Positions 25,725-36,200 of a stretch of DNA of 64,000 nt are shown here, in pieces. A model generated the notes under the pieces. It saw only the letters and a program-made list of their open reading frames with translations, did not search any database and was not told the DNA's origin. Within the stretch, counting starts at the first letter, position 1. Each line of letters starts with the position of its first letter. The stretch is from contig CATNEN010000038.1 in NCBI GenBank assembly GCA_950097015.1, positions 5,270,001 to 5,334,000 of the forward strand, given 5' to 3'. A program made the position numbers and the translations under genes. The stretch comes from Macrostomum hystrix (taxonomy: Eukaryota; Animalia; Platyhelminthes).

Positions 25725-28328
25725 TTAGGCAACTGCATTTAAAGAGTTTTGCAGGTTACTTAGGTTGTCGCATAATTGTGCCGTCCAGTTGCTCGGGGGA
25801 CGCCAACCGGTAGCCAATTGAACCAGCTGGATTGACGCCTCAACGAGCCCTGCTACGGTCTTCGTCTCCGGCTTGGCGAACGCGGCGTGGAGTAGCGCGA
25901 AGGCGACCGCTTGTAGTAGCTCCAGGGCGTGGACCTTCGGACCAATCGGCGCCTGCCTGTAGCCCGGGGTCGCTGAAGTTGGCGGAACTCTGGTCGTCGG
26001 TTCCGGACGCCTGGATCTTGGCGGCGTTAGTAGTAGAGCGTTCCTTGGCTCGTTCCTCGGCTCGTTGGAGTTCTCGATCGGCGCTGCTGCGGCGGCGGCG
26101 AGTGCTTCGTTTTGGAGAAGGCAAGAGCCCTGGTTTACCAAAACTGCCTTGGTACCAAAGAGTTTGGAAGTGAAGGAAAGTCCTCGCTGGAGTTGTTGTT
26201 CGGAAGTGCGGGAATCGGCATAAGAGGAGGAATAGCTCGTCGTTGTTGTGGAGGAGGAGCTAGTGCTGCGGCGTAGCTGGTCGGAGGAGGACAATTGACC
26301 TGTTGAGGAAGGTTCCTAGATGCCCATGCCTGGACTCGATTGTTGGCTGCTCGGCGTGCCGGACATTCCTTGTCAGTGGACTGGTGTGGACCTTTGCAGT
26401 TAGCGCATTGGATGTAGAAGTTCGGAATGCCAACGCTGTCACATTCGGATGTCAGGTGGTCGGACCCACAGACCCTGCACCTTGGTCGACGATCGCATTG
26501 CTTGGAATGATGGCCAAATGCCTGACAATGACCACACTGAGTTGCCATTAGTGGAGGAGGTGACCTGCTGGCCTCACAGCGAAAGTGAAAGAACCCGATG
26601 TGGATGTCTTTGCCTTTGGAGATGCATCGGGCTTGCGTACCAAAGTCTGAAGTGAAGGCTCAGACAAACTGAGTCGGCTCGTTGAAAGAAGAAGATACGA
26701 TCCGGACAATGCCTGAGACTTTGGGCTCGACCGATTGGATCCTTAAGAGAAGGTCCTTGAGATCTGTGGCAAGTGATACCTGTCGGATGATGAAGGATAA
26801 GGCTTTTGGAGTCGTGATGTTCGGAGGAAGACGTCTGGAGTTAACCTGGGCGTCCTCACGTCGGATGGGAAGGCGGCGCTCTACCTGGATGCCGTCGATG
26901 GTCGGATGCTTGAGCTCGTCGGAAGTACGATGTTGATAACCTTGGAAGTCAAGAGCGAAGACTTTGAAGCCGGAGGAGTAGAAGCAGCGTTGGACGTACC
27001 TGATGCGGACTGTTGAAAAATTGTCCTTAAGAAACCTCTCGAACCTAAGCTCATCAAGAGTCGATTTTGGAATGAGGAGGGGCACTGGAGCGACCTTGGA
27101 GTTGCCTTTCGCCGGCTGAGAAGTAGAAGTGGAAGGTGGCTGATCCGGAAATTGGCTGTCGTGGACAGAAGAGTTACCATGGCGTTGCGAAGTAGAACTA
27201 GAAGTAGAAGAAGAATCTTTCTCTGTGATGGTCCGGTCGCATACCTCGACGACTTCATAGACGGAAGTATCAAGAGGATTGGACGTCTTGGAAGGAGCTT
27301 GACGAAAGACATTGATGTCCTTGATGGCTGGAGAAGTAATCGGAAGGTCAAGTTGATGCGCATGCTTTTGATTCGTGCGTCCTGGATGATGGAGTGCTGA
27401 CAGAGAGCCTGAGTTTCGCCTCTTATGACGATGAGACTACCGTGGTGAAGAGGTTCGGAGTGAAGTGTGGCTCGGTTGGAGATGGCTCGGAGTCGGAACT
27501 CCCTCGTGGCGCCAAGAGAAAGAGATGCGATGACTGGATTGCGCCCAAGTTCGGGCTCGTTGTCGGAGTGGAAACCAACGAAGTCGTTGCCGGTTCGGTA
27601 GACGTTGACAAGACAAGAATTGAAGGCCGGTAGGTCAAGTTGAGACGACAGGAGGTAAGCAAGGTTGCGGATGATCGGATGCCAGTTGTTGTTGGCTGGG
27701 ATGATTTCTCCGGAACAAGAACAAGAGGGTCCGTACCAAACGATTTGTCTAGGTTCCGGACGACCTAGAGAGCGATGAGTGGTTGCAAGAGGAAGAATTT
27801 CGTCCTGGATTGTTTTTAGGAGGTCATCGGCAAGATTGGAGAATGCCTTTGGATAGAAATCGATTGGACAAGTATCAAGTATAAGAAATTTAGTGTTGCA
27901 ACCAAGACTATTGATGGCGAGCAAGTCAAGGTTTTTGGACGCTGTGGAAGTGCAAGTGGAAGTGGAAGAGTTCGAACCTTTGGAGTTGCGAGCACTCGTC
28001 GTCGTCGAAGCAGCGTTAGTGTCGCTCGGACTGCTGATCGGACTCGGTGGCTTGTCGGCTTGGTCTTGGACGGTTGTGGGGTTTGTTTGGATGGTGGTGT
28101 TGTTGGGAGAGGACGTACTGGATGCGGGGGAGAAAGCATCTCAGTGTCTTTGGGATAGTTGCTGCTGGCTGTCGTTGGAGTTGCGGACTGGCGTCGTTGT
28201 TTTTTCTCGATGGCCGCTGCTTTGGCGACTGCATCGGTTGATTGGCGGAGAACGCGCTTGGTCTGAGTCGGTGGTGGCTGCGGTGGCTTGGTCGGCTTCG
28301 GGTCTTTGTTCTTTGGTTTAGTCGACAT
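25725..28328 (-). pseudogene. LINE ORF1 (reconstructed ~870 aa): basic/Ser-rich N-terminus, AlkB domain, linker, pre-knuckle domain, three Cys-His zinc knuckles, helical C-terminus
   Basis: ATG at 28328 (MSTKPKNK). Frameshifts near 28140, 27340 and 26140. ORFs 26660-27085 and 26135-26548 share a frame and are separated only by TGA at 26660-26662 (FV*AFTSD...GFFHFRCEASRSPPPLMATQC), probably CGA>TGA. Knuckles QCGHCQAFGHHSKQC, RCRVCGSDHLTSEC, QCANCKGPHQSTDKEC. Confidence 0.82.
27340..27880 (-). CDS. AlkB-family (ALKBH2/ALKBH3-like) Fe(II)/2-oxoglutarate dioxygenase domain inside the LINE
   Basis: Sequence EPRQIVWYG...FNSCLVNVYRTGNDFVGFHSDNEPELGRNPVIASLSLGATREF...LHHGSLIVIRGETQALCQHSI...RINLTFR. 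It has the NxY motif, HxD (27562-27570), distal His (27394-27396) and RxxxxxR (27340-27360), all in one uninterrupted frame. Confidence 0.93.
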
Positions 28329-28399
28329 TGTTGCTAATTTACTAATTTAATAGCAACAGCTAAGCTAAGTTGAATGTGGTACCGGATCCGGGGGATGAA

Positions 28400-28790
28400 T
28401 GGATGAGATTAATAAATGAATGAAAAGTAGTAGATAAAGTAAATTAAAGTAAAACCTGTAAAAAGTAAATCAATTAAACCTGTATTAAGTAAGTAATAAG
28501 TAGTAAAGTAAGCAATTAATATGTAAAAGTAGTACAAATGCGAATTAAATTCAGTTAAATTCAACTAAAGTGGTATAAATGTAAGTAGTAAAAATGCAAA
28601 TTAAATTCAATAGAAGTAGTATAAATGCAAATAATTAAATTCAATAAAAGTAGTATAAATGCAAATTAAATTCAATAAAAGTAGAATAAATGAAACGTAA
28701 AACTATAAATTAAAGTAAAACTGTATAAATAAATTAAAACTGCAATAAAACTAAAAGTAAAACTAAAAGTAGAATATAAATAAGCACAAA
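28400..28790. repeat. AT-rich degenerate ~30-bp tandem repeats in the LINE 5'UTR
   Basis: Recurrent AAAGTAGTATAAATGCAAATTAAATTCAAT-like units. Confidence 0.55.
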
Positions 28791-29388
28791 TAAAGGATAA
28801 GCAAAGAAGAGAAGCAAGAAGGACAGGAACAGGGGCACGGTAACGGGAGCAGGGACAGGGGCAGGGGACAGGAACAGAGGCTAACCTCTAAGGAGGGTAG
28901 CAGGGAGCAGAGGACAGGGGCAGAGGAGAAAGACAGGGGCTAGCCTCTTAGAGAGGGTAGCAAGGGGAAAGGAGAGGAAAGGGGAGAGGAGGAGGAGGAG
29001 CAGGAAGGGGAGAGAGGGAGAAGGCACTCCTCTTAGAGAGGAGGCAGGGGGGAGAAGGAAAAGAGGCTTCCTCTTAGAGAGGAGGCAAGGAGAGAGAAAC
29101 TGGCCTAACCTAGTCGACTATGAGGGTTTACCCCTTAGAGAGGTAAAAGGCTAGCTGAGCGGCTCCTAAAACCACACCAGTAATTTGACACACTGGCTTG
29201 GATGCGGTTCTGTCTGGATATTTCCGCTCTCTGGACTGTGAGGTCCCTAAGTTTGGAAGTTTTGTAAGGATTTCATACAAGGTGAAATAGTTGTGACGCT
29301 TATACACTTTAAGTTTAAATAGCGAATTACCGTCAACATAGTACGGTCGAGGGAATGTATCTATACTAACAAATGAACTATGCGACTT

Positions 29389-29440
29389 CAAGGACTAATA
29401 AACAACACAATCAATCTCAATTGTTGTTTAGTAGTCCTTG
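29389..29440. mobile_element. 52-bp DNA-transposon remnant (19-bp TIRs, 8-bp TSD); P/hAT-type mini-element or excision footprint
   Basis: CAAGGACTAATAAACAACA (29389-29407) and its inverse TGTTGTTTAGTAGTCCTTG (29422-29440), 18/19 match. Flanked by perfect TGCGACTT at 29381-29388 and 29441-29448. Confidence 0.85.
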
Positions 29441-30206
29441 TGCGACTTTACAAACAACATCAAGAAAGCGCCTATTACAACGGGTAAATAACAGTAATCA
29501 CATGTTTTACTTCTGACAAGCAATTTTAGCCTACTTCCGGGAATCTCAAGTTCGGGATTTACTAAATCCTCTCCTTAGCCAATTACATTAGGCTAATTAT
29601 TGCCCCCAATTAATCAAAATTGTCTACCCTTCCAAGCAGATAACTAAAGTCACTCTGCAGCAGAGAACTAATCTCCCCAAGCAGGCAACCAATGCCCACA
29701 TTTAGCAGCGAACCAATTGATATTAATGTTACCCCAGCAGGCAACCAAAGTCCCGAAGCGGGCAGCATCTTTGCTTTAAATTTGTTCTACATCCACTACT
29801 TTAGATACTAAATTAACACTCAGCTAGCATAATCTGTCCTAAATTTCAATTAGTCCGGAATTTTCAATACGTGAAAAGCGTAAACAAAATTTGTGGTACT
29901 AATCCTCGTTTTTCATCTCTTGATAAGACAACAGGCATGAGTTTTTCTTTTCTCTCCTTGTGACTAAGGAGCTCGTAATATTATAAATTAAGTTTACGAT
30001 TTGGTTTTGTTTTTTAGCCTAAAGCGAAGAATTAAAAACAATCAAAAATTAAAATTTTTGTTTTTCCAGGAACTATCTAGTCTCTTAAATATTGAGTGGA
30101 AAGCTTTTAGACAGCAAACGAAGGAACTCAAGTCTGCTTGTCCATTTTTATACATTTTAGTTTACATTCTTTGTTAATTAATTAACTAAAAAGCAATTAA
30201 CTAGCT

Positions 30207-33200
30207 ATGGCAGAAGAAAATGAAGGCAATGATGCTAGCAGTGTCATCCCGATACGGTTTCAGGAACATTTCCAGGTAATTTGAACTAGCGTTATCTGAA
30301 AATTCAGCTTTGAGGCTATTTTATTCAACTATTTAATCAGATTAAAACGCTATTTAGCTCAATTTTATCCTGTGACCTTTAACTTAGCTGTTTTATGCAA
30401 ACAGCTTGACTAAATAAAATACTATTCATAACTAAAAATGAATGATTAATAACATTAAAAGTTATTATAATATATATTTACCACAAGTCTTAAGTTAGGC
30501 CTAGTAGCTATGTTGTATGAATCAACATATATTTATACCTTAGTTTTTCGGATTTTCAAAAAAATATTTTCAAGTCTGACATTGCTAATTTGATGATAAC
30601 TTAAAATTCAGCTTTGAGGCTACTTTATTCAACTATTTAATCAGATTAAAATGCTATTTAGCTCAATTTTATCCTGTAACATTTAACTTAGCTGTTTTAT
30701 GCAAACAGCTAGACTAAATAAAATACTATTCATAACTATAAATGAATGATTAAAAACTTTAAAAGTTATAATAATATATATTTACCACAGGTCTTAAGTT
30801 AGTAGCTACGTTGTATGAATCACCATATATTTATACCTTAGATTTTCTGATTTTCAAAAAAAAATATTTTTTTTCAAGTCTGACATTGTTAATTAGATGA
30901 TAGTAGCTAACTATACTCAACTGACTGACACTGAAATAACAAAAAAGAAGAAATCTAGTTATTGGCTTTTTATTATATTTTTTTATGTTTTGTTATTTAA
31001 AATATTTGGTTGCTTGTTGTTAAATACTTATAAAATATGAGTTTTTTGAATTACTGATTACACTTGTTTTCTGTTTTTAATAAAAATATATATTCAGACT
31101 TTGGAATGTTCACTGTATTAGAAAAAAATCTTTTTAACCTGATGAGCTAAATCTAACTCAAATAAAATTATTAAATTAACTATGACTTACTGAATAATAT
31201 GAACAATATCTTATTGATATTCTATTTTATTTTTAATCTTGTTGTGCCATGTTATTCAATACCAAAATTCAGTGCATCATAATGCAAAGAAAACAATATC
31301 TTAAGAAATATTTGCTAAACTTTAGCTTGCAAAACAACAAGCTGTTGACGTTGCAAATATCATACCTAAAGTTTTGTTTGAATATTTTATTTTTTATAAT
31401 CTAAAATTACACAAAAAGTATTACAAAGTTTGATTGAATTCAATAGAGTCAAATAAATTCAATATGATATACAACAGGCTGGGCTAAGATGATATTTTTT
31501 CTATTTTATTTAGTCTTAAAACTTCTTTGAATAACAACCAGTAACTACACATTTTATGTTTTATCCAGCTTTGTTGCATATTAGTATTTTTTAGTGCTAA
31601 CTTCTTAGAAAAGGAAAGTATTTTAAGTAGGAGCGACAAAGATTGACATACAAAGCCTGTCTAGCCTGCCATACTTGAACCCCCAGTTGACAGACATTGG
31701 CATAAGCCAGGCCAGCATTGGCTTCGCAACCCTGACCATGGAGTCAGACAAATTTATCTGCGCCAGAGAGACCGTCAACGAAGCCGTTCAGCTGACCATC
31801 GTTGATATCGCCGATTACAAAAACCCGACGAGGAAACCAATTGCCGCCGACAGCGCCATCATGTGCCCCGCCAGCCAGGTAGGTTTTGCGGCATCAAACC
31901 ATCCTCTGGAACCTCCGTAAACTTAGGATCCAAAAAACTAATTTGAAAAATCCTCTCGCAGATAATCGCTCTTCGAGCCGGTCGCAATCTGCAACTGTAC
32001 GACTTGGAGAAAAAGCAGAAACTCAAAGCCCATGTGATGGACGAGGATGTGATTTTCTGGAAGTGGGCCGCTTCCAACATCATCGGCATCGTGACTGAGC
32101 GCTGCGTGCTGCACTGGCGACTGGACAATGACTCGGGACCTGTCAAAGTGTTCGACAGGCATTCCTCTCTGGCCGGCTGCCAGATAATTAATTACAGGTG
32201 ATTTTTACTGACAAAGGCTAATTGATACCGAACTCAAACTGCTAACGTCTATGACCTTGGATGATTCTGCCAAATCTAGTCATGATCAATGTGATCAGTG
32301 TCACTACTCACCCACCCCATCCTCCACCGTCACCCACCCCATCCTCCACCGTCACCCACCCTATCCTTTACCATCACCCACCCCATCCTCCACTGCTACT
32401 CTTAACCACCCCATCCTCCACACTCACCCATCCCATAAGTCGGCAGCTCCAAGACCTCAACGAAACCCGACTAAATCCCGTGTTCCCAGATGCGACTCCA
32501 CCGAGAAGTGGCTGGTGCTGGTCGGGATCGCCGCCCAGCAGGGCCGGGTGGTTGGCGCCATGCAGCTTTACTCGGTCGATCGTCGGGTCAGTCAGCCGCT
32601 GGAGGGCCACGCGGCCGCATTCGCCCGGCTGAAAATGTCCGCGAGCCAGTCGTCCCAGGTGAATTTGTTCTGCTTCTCCGTGCGCTCGGCCGCAGCGGGC
32701 GGCAAGCTGCACTCCATTGAAGTCGGCCAGCTGGGCTCCACGCCGGCGCCCTACGGCAAGAAGCAGTCGGATCTGTTCTTTCCACCCGAAATTGAAGCCG
32801 ATTTTCCGGTTGCTATGCAGACGTCGGACCGTCTGGGCCTGGCCTACGTGGTCACAAAATACGGCTACATTCACGTGTACGACCTGGAGTCCGCCGTGTC
32901 CATCTACTTAAACCGCATCAGCGACGAAACAATATTTGTCACCGCGCCCTACGAGCTGACGGGCGGCATCATGGGAGTTAACAGGAAGGGCCAGGTGAGA
33001 AGATAACTGATTATTCTCAGCTTTGCGCTGCAAGTCCTATCCCCTATTACCTATTCTTACGAAGACTGCAATCATATGTTAAAAGTACTGATCCTATGTA
33101 CACATATCCCAATCTCAAGTACACATATCCCAATCTTATTTACACATATCCCAATATGATGTAAACAAATCCCAATCCCATTCAAATCTCAATACTCAAT

Positions 33201-36200
33201 TACCCCAGGTACTGTCTGTGAGCATAGATGAGCAGAACCTGGTGCCGCACGTGCTGACAGTGATGCGCAACGATCAACTTGCCCTTTCGCTGGCTGCTCG
33301 CTGCGATCTGCCCGGAGCCGGCGAGTTGTTCGCCAAGAAGTTCCAGGACTTTTTGGATGCCAAGGCCTACATTGAGGCAGCCAGGGTGGCAGCCGCGGCT
33401 CCGATGGGCTCGCTGCGGACGCCGGAGACAATCCGACTGTTTCAGGTTAGATTAATGCGCAAACTGTACTACTGACATGCTTTTAGTCAGTAGTGCGACG
33501 CAGTGGATTAGTTTTTGTCCTTAATAACAAGTAAATAACTAGTTTCGTTATTTTTTTTAATTTTTATAACTTTTTTATTGTTGAATAATGAATTCAGTAA
33601 TAAATAAAAACTTTGGTAGCTAATGCTGATCTTCATTTTATAGTCGCTACTCTCTATTCTTATAGATAACAATTGGACTGAATTCCTTGTAATGATTGTT
33701 TCTTTTTTTAGACATTTATATTTCGTGAAGTCTTTGCGTTCGTTTATTTTATTATAAGCATAATCGTTCCTTTACGTCTCAATTTCGTTACTTTAAAAAG
33801 ACACGTAACTACTTTTGGGATTGCGTTACTTCTAGTTATTCGTTCGTTTCTTGAGTTCTCCTCACATGCCCATCGCCCATCCAGGATTTGCCAGCCCCGG
33901 CTGCGGGTCAGCCGTCGCCTCTGCTGCAGTACTTCAGCGTCCTCCTGGACCTCGGTCGCTTGAATCGCGTCGAATCTCTGGAGCTCTGCCGCCCCGTGCT
34001 GCAGCAGGGCCGGAAACAGCTGGCCGAGAAGTGGCTGAAGGAGGACAAGCTCGAGTGCTCCGAAGAGCTGGGCGACTTAGCCCGGCCAGTGGACCTGCTG
34101 CTGGCGTTGAGCATCTATGTCAGGTCCAACAGCGCCGACAAGGCCATCGACTGCTTCGCCGAGGCCGGCCAGTATCAGAAGATTCCGCTGTACGCCAAGA
34201 AGGTCGGCTGCTCGCCGGACTATCCCAGCCTGATGCGCAGGCTGTGCAAGCAGAACCCTGAGCATGCGCTGCAGATGGCTCTGCTGCTGCTGCAGGTGAG
34301 CCAACCCCACCGAGATTGAGATTTAAAAGGCTTTATTTACACAGACCCCATCCGATACTACCCGCGATTCGGCTCGTGATAAAGCCGAGGACCACTAGAA
34401 GAAGGACAAAACACTTCGTTTCTAGGAAAGAATTTCATTCTGGCTGGGCTTCCAATGACGTCACGAATAAATAACTCTTAAACTAACTATTTGCATGCAA
34501 TTCGATGCTTCAATAATTCTATCTCTATCTCTAGCGCGAGTGGGTCAGCGGCTAACGTCGCTGCCTCGCACCCCAAAGGACGCTAGTTCGATTCACCCTT
34601 CAAGTCACGATTAATTTCGGGACTTGTTGGAGGGTTTGGACAGTAGCGACCGGCGGAGGTGCACCATATTTCGTGCAATCAAAGCTTGAAATAATAGCTT
34701 CGCTCCTACCTTCTGTGTGCCTGTTCTGCGTTGTGTGAGTTGTGTGCGTTGGCGCTGGGGCGTGAGACCTTGCGGCGGGTGGCTGGAGGGCGGCTGTACA
34801 CCGCCGCGCGCTTTCTAGACTTCCGTCAGCGCGATTGGATAAGTGTACACTCATCACCCGGCCCCCCCTGAGGACTGATTTCTTATCAGCCTTCCGCCCC
34901 GGCTTGGTCTGCTATGTGCGTGTGGGGCTGGGGTGGGGGGGCACTGCTGCCTATTCTGGGTGCCTCCTGCCCTCCCCGGCTGGTCTGTGCTGCTGTGTGT
35001 GGTGCCTGCTCAGGGTAGGCGGCGCGATGGGCGCTAAGCGCCTAGTTCGCCGGTCTGGGGGCGTGCCGCTCCGTCGCTTGTGCGACAAGTGCCTCGGGCC
35101 CCCCTGCAAATAGATAGAGAACTATCTGCATGCAATTCGATGCTTCAATAATTGCTTGTTCACAAGATTATGAGGTGAAACAAGGCTCACAGGGTCAGAC
35201 AGAGTTAGTTTCTCCCTTCGAAATTCTCGTCCATTTATAGTATTTATATTATGTTAAAATAATAGTTTGTGCATTAAAACAAACATAGTAATATTAATTG
35301 GTATTGGCACGAATTTGAGCTTAGCATGATATTTTGTGATATTTCGCGGGTTAAAGCAACTTTGCGCACGAATTTGATTGCAGTATAATATTTTGGTAAA
35401 TTGCGTTAGCTAAAACAAATCTGACAATTATTTAAATGTTTTGCCCAGCAGGCCTGTTAAATATTTGTTTATTTATCATGAATTAAAATAGCAACCAATC
35501 ACACATAAAAATTGCCTATAGCTCGCCCAATTTATTTGTAAAAAAAATATACATAATTCTCGTAATACACTTCATTAGAAAGTGACTAGAAAGTTTTGAG
35601 AAATAATAGAAAAAAAATTATTCATGACTGAAGCTTTAAAAAATTCGTTAAATCAACATGTTTTGCCAGTTATGTTAATAGAACAGCTTTGAATATGCTT
35701 CCAATAAAAAGTTATCAACCTTTTTATGTGAAAAACGTGAAAAGCACCTATCTCGCTGGTGCATTTTTCCTTTAAAAATCTGCCTTTAAGAAATTTTCCA
35801 AGAAACGAAGCGTCCCGTCCTTCTTCTACTAGTGGTCCTTGGATAATGCATGCAATAATGATAACAATAATTATTGCAGGAGGGCTGCGGGCAATGGCAC
35901 ATTATTTGCTGGCACTAGACCCACAGCCAGCGAGGATGCAATTCTGCCCATTCCGCTGACTCCTGAGCACACACGCACACAGATACTGTACGCAGGCCAA
36001 CGCTCACACAGGTGTGTACATCTGCCCTGACTTTCTCATTGTCAGGCAGTGTACATTTCACTGTGCCTTGGAGGTTGGCCCTCGAGGGCTCAAATTGCAC
36101 GACAAGCCCCCAAGCCTTCTCTCTGCGGCTGCGCCCCAAATGAATGTGGCCTCGCCGTGGAATCGAGCTCAGGGACCTTGGCGCGAGTTGGGTTTGATTC

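Larger units (their letters stand above)
21882..29269 (-). mobile_element. Apparently full-length non-LTR retrotransposon (LINE, Jockey/I-group-like) carrying an AlkB domain; degenerate copy
   Basis: Perfect 15-bp direct repeat ATTTCATACAAGGTG at 21867-21881 and 29270-29284 (TSD). TAA(CAA)n tail on the - strand at about 21882-21896. Internal order on the - strand: ~0.94-kb 5'UTR, ORF1 (AlkB plus three CCHC-type knuckles), ORF2 (APE endonuclease plus RT), ~0.83-kb 3'UTR. Confidence 0.92.

Noticed and set aside
26881-27924. AlkB ORF as a host ALKBH2/3 gene or bacterial contamination
   Set aside because: It is enclosed by the LINE's TSD, intronless, and continuous with ORF1 through one frameshift; the Leu-rich C-terminal extension in the ORF track is out-of-frame read-through.
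34865-34900. CTGAGGA followed by a CTGAT/ATCAG hairpin as a hammerhead ribozyme
   Set aside because: The required GAAA after stem II is absent and stems I and III could not be formed.
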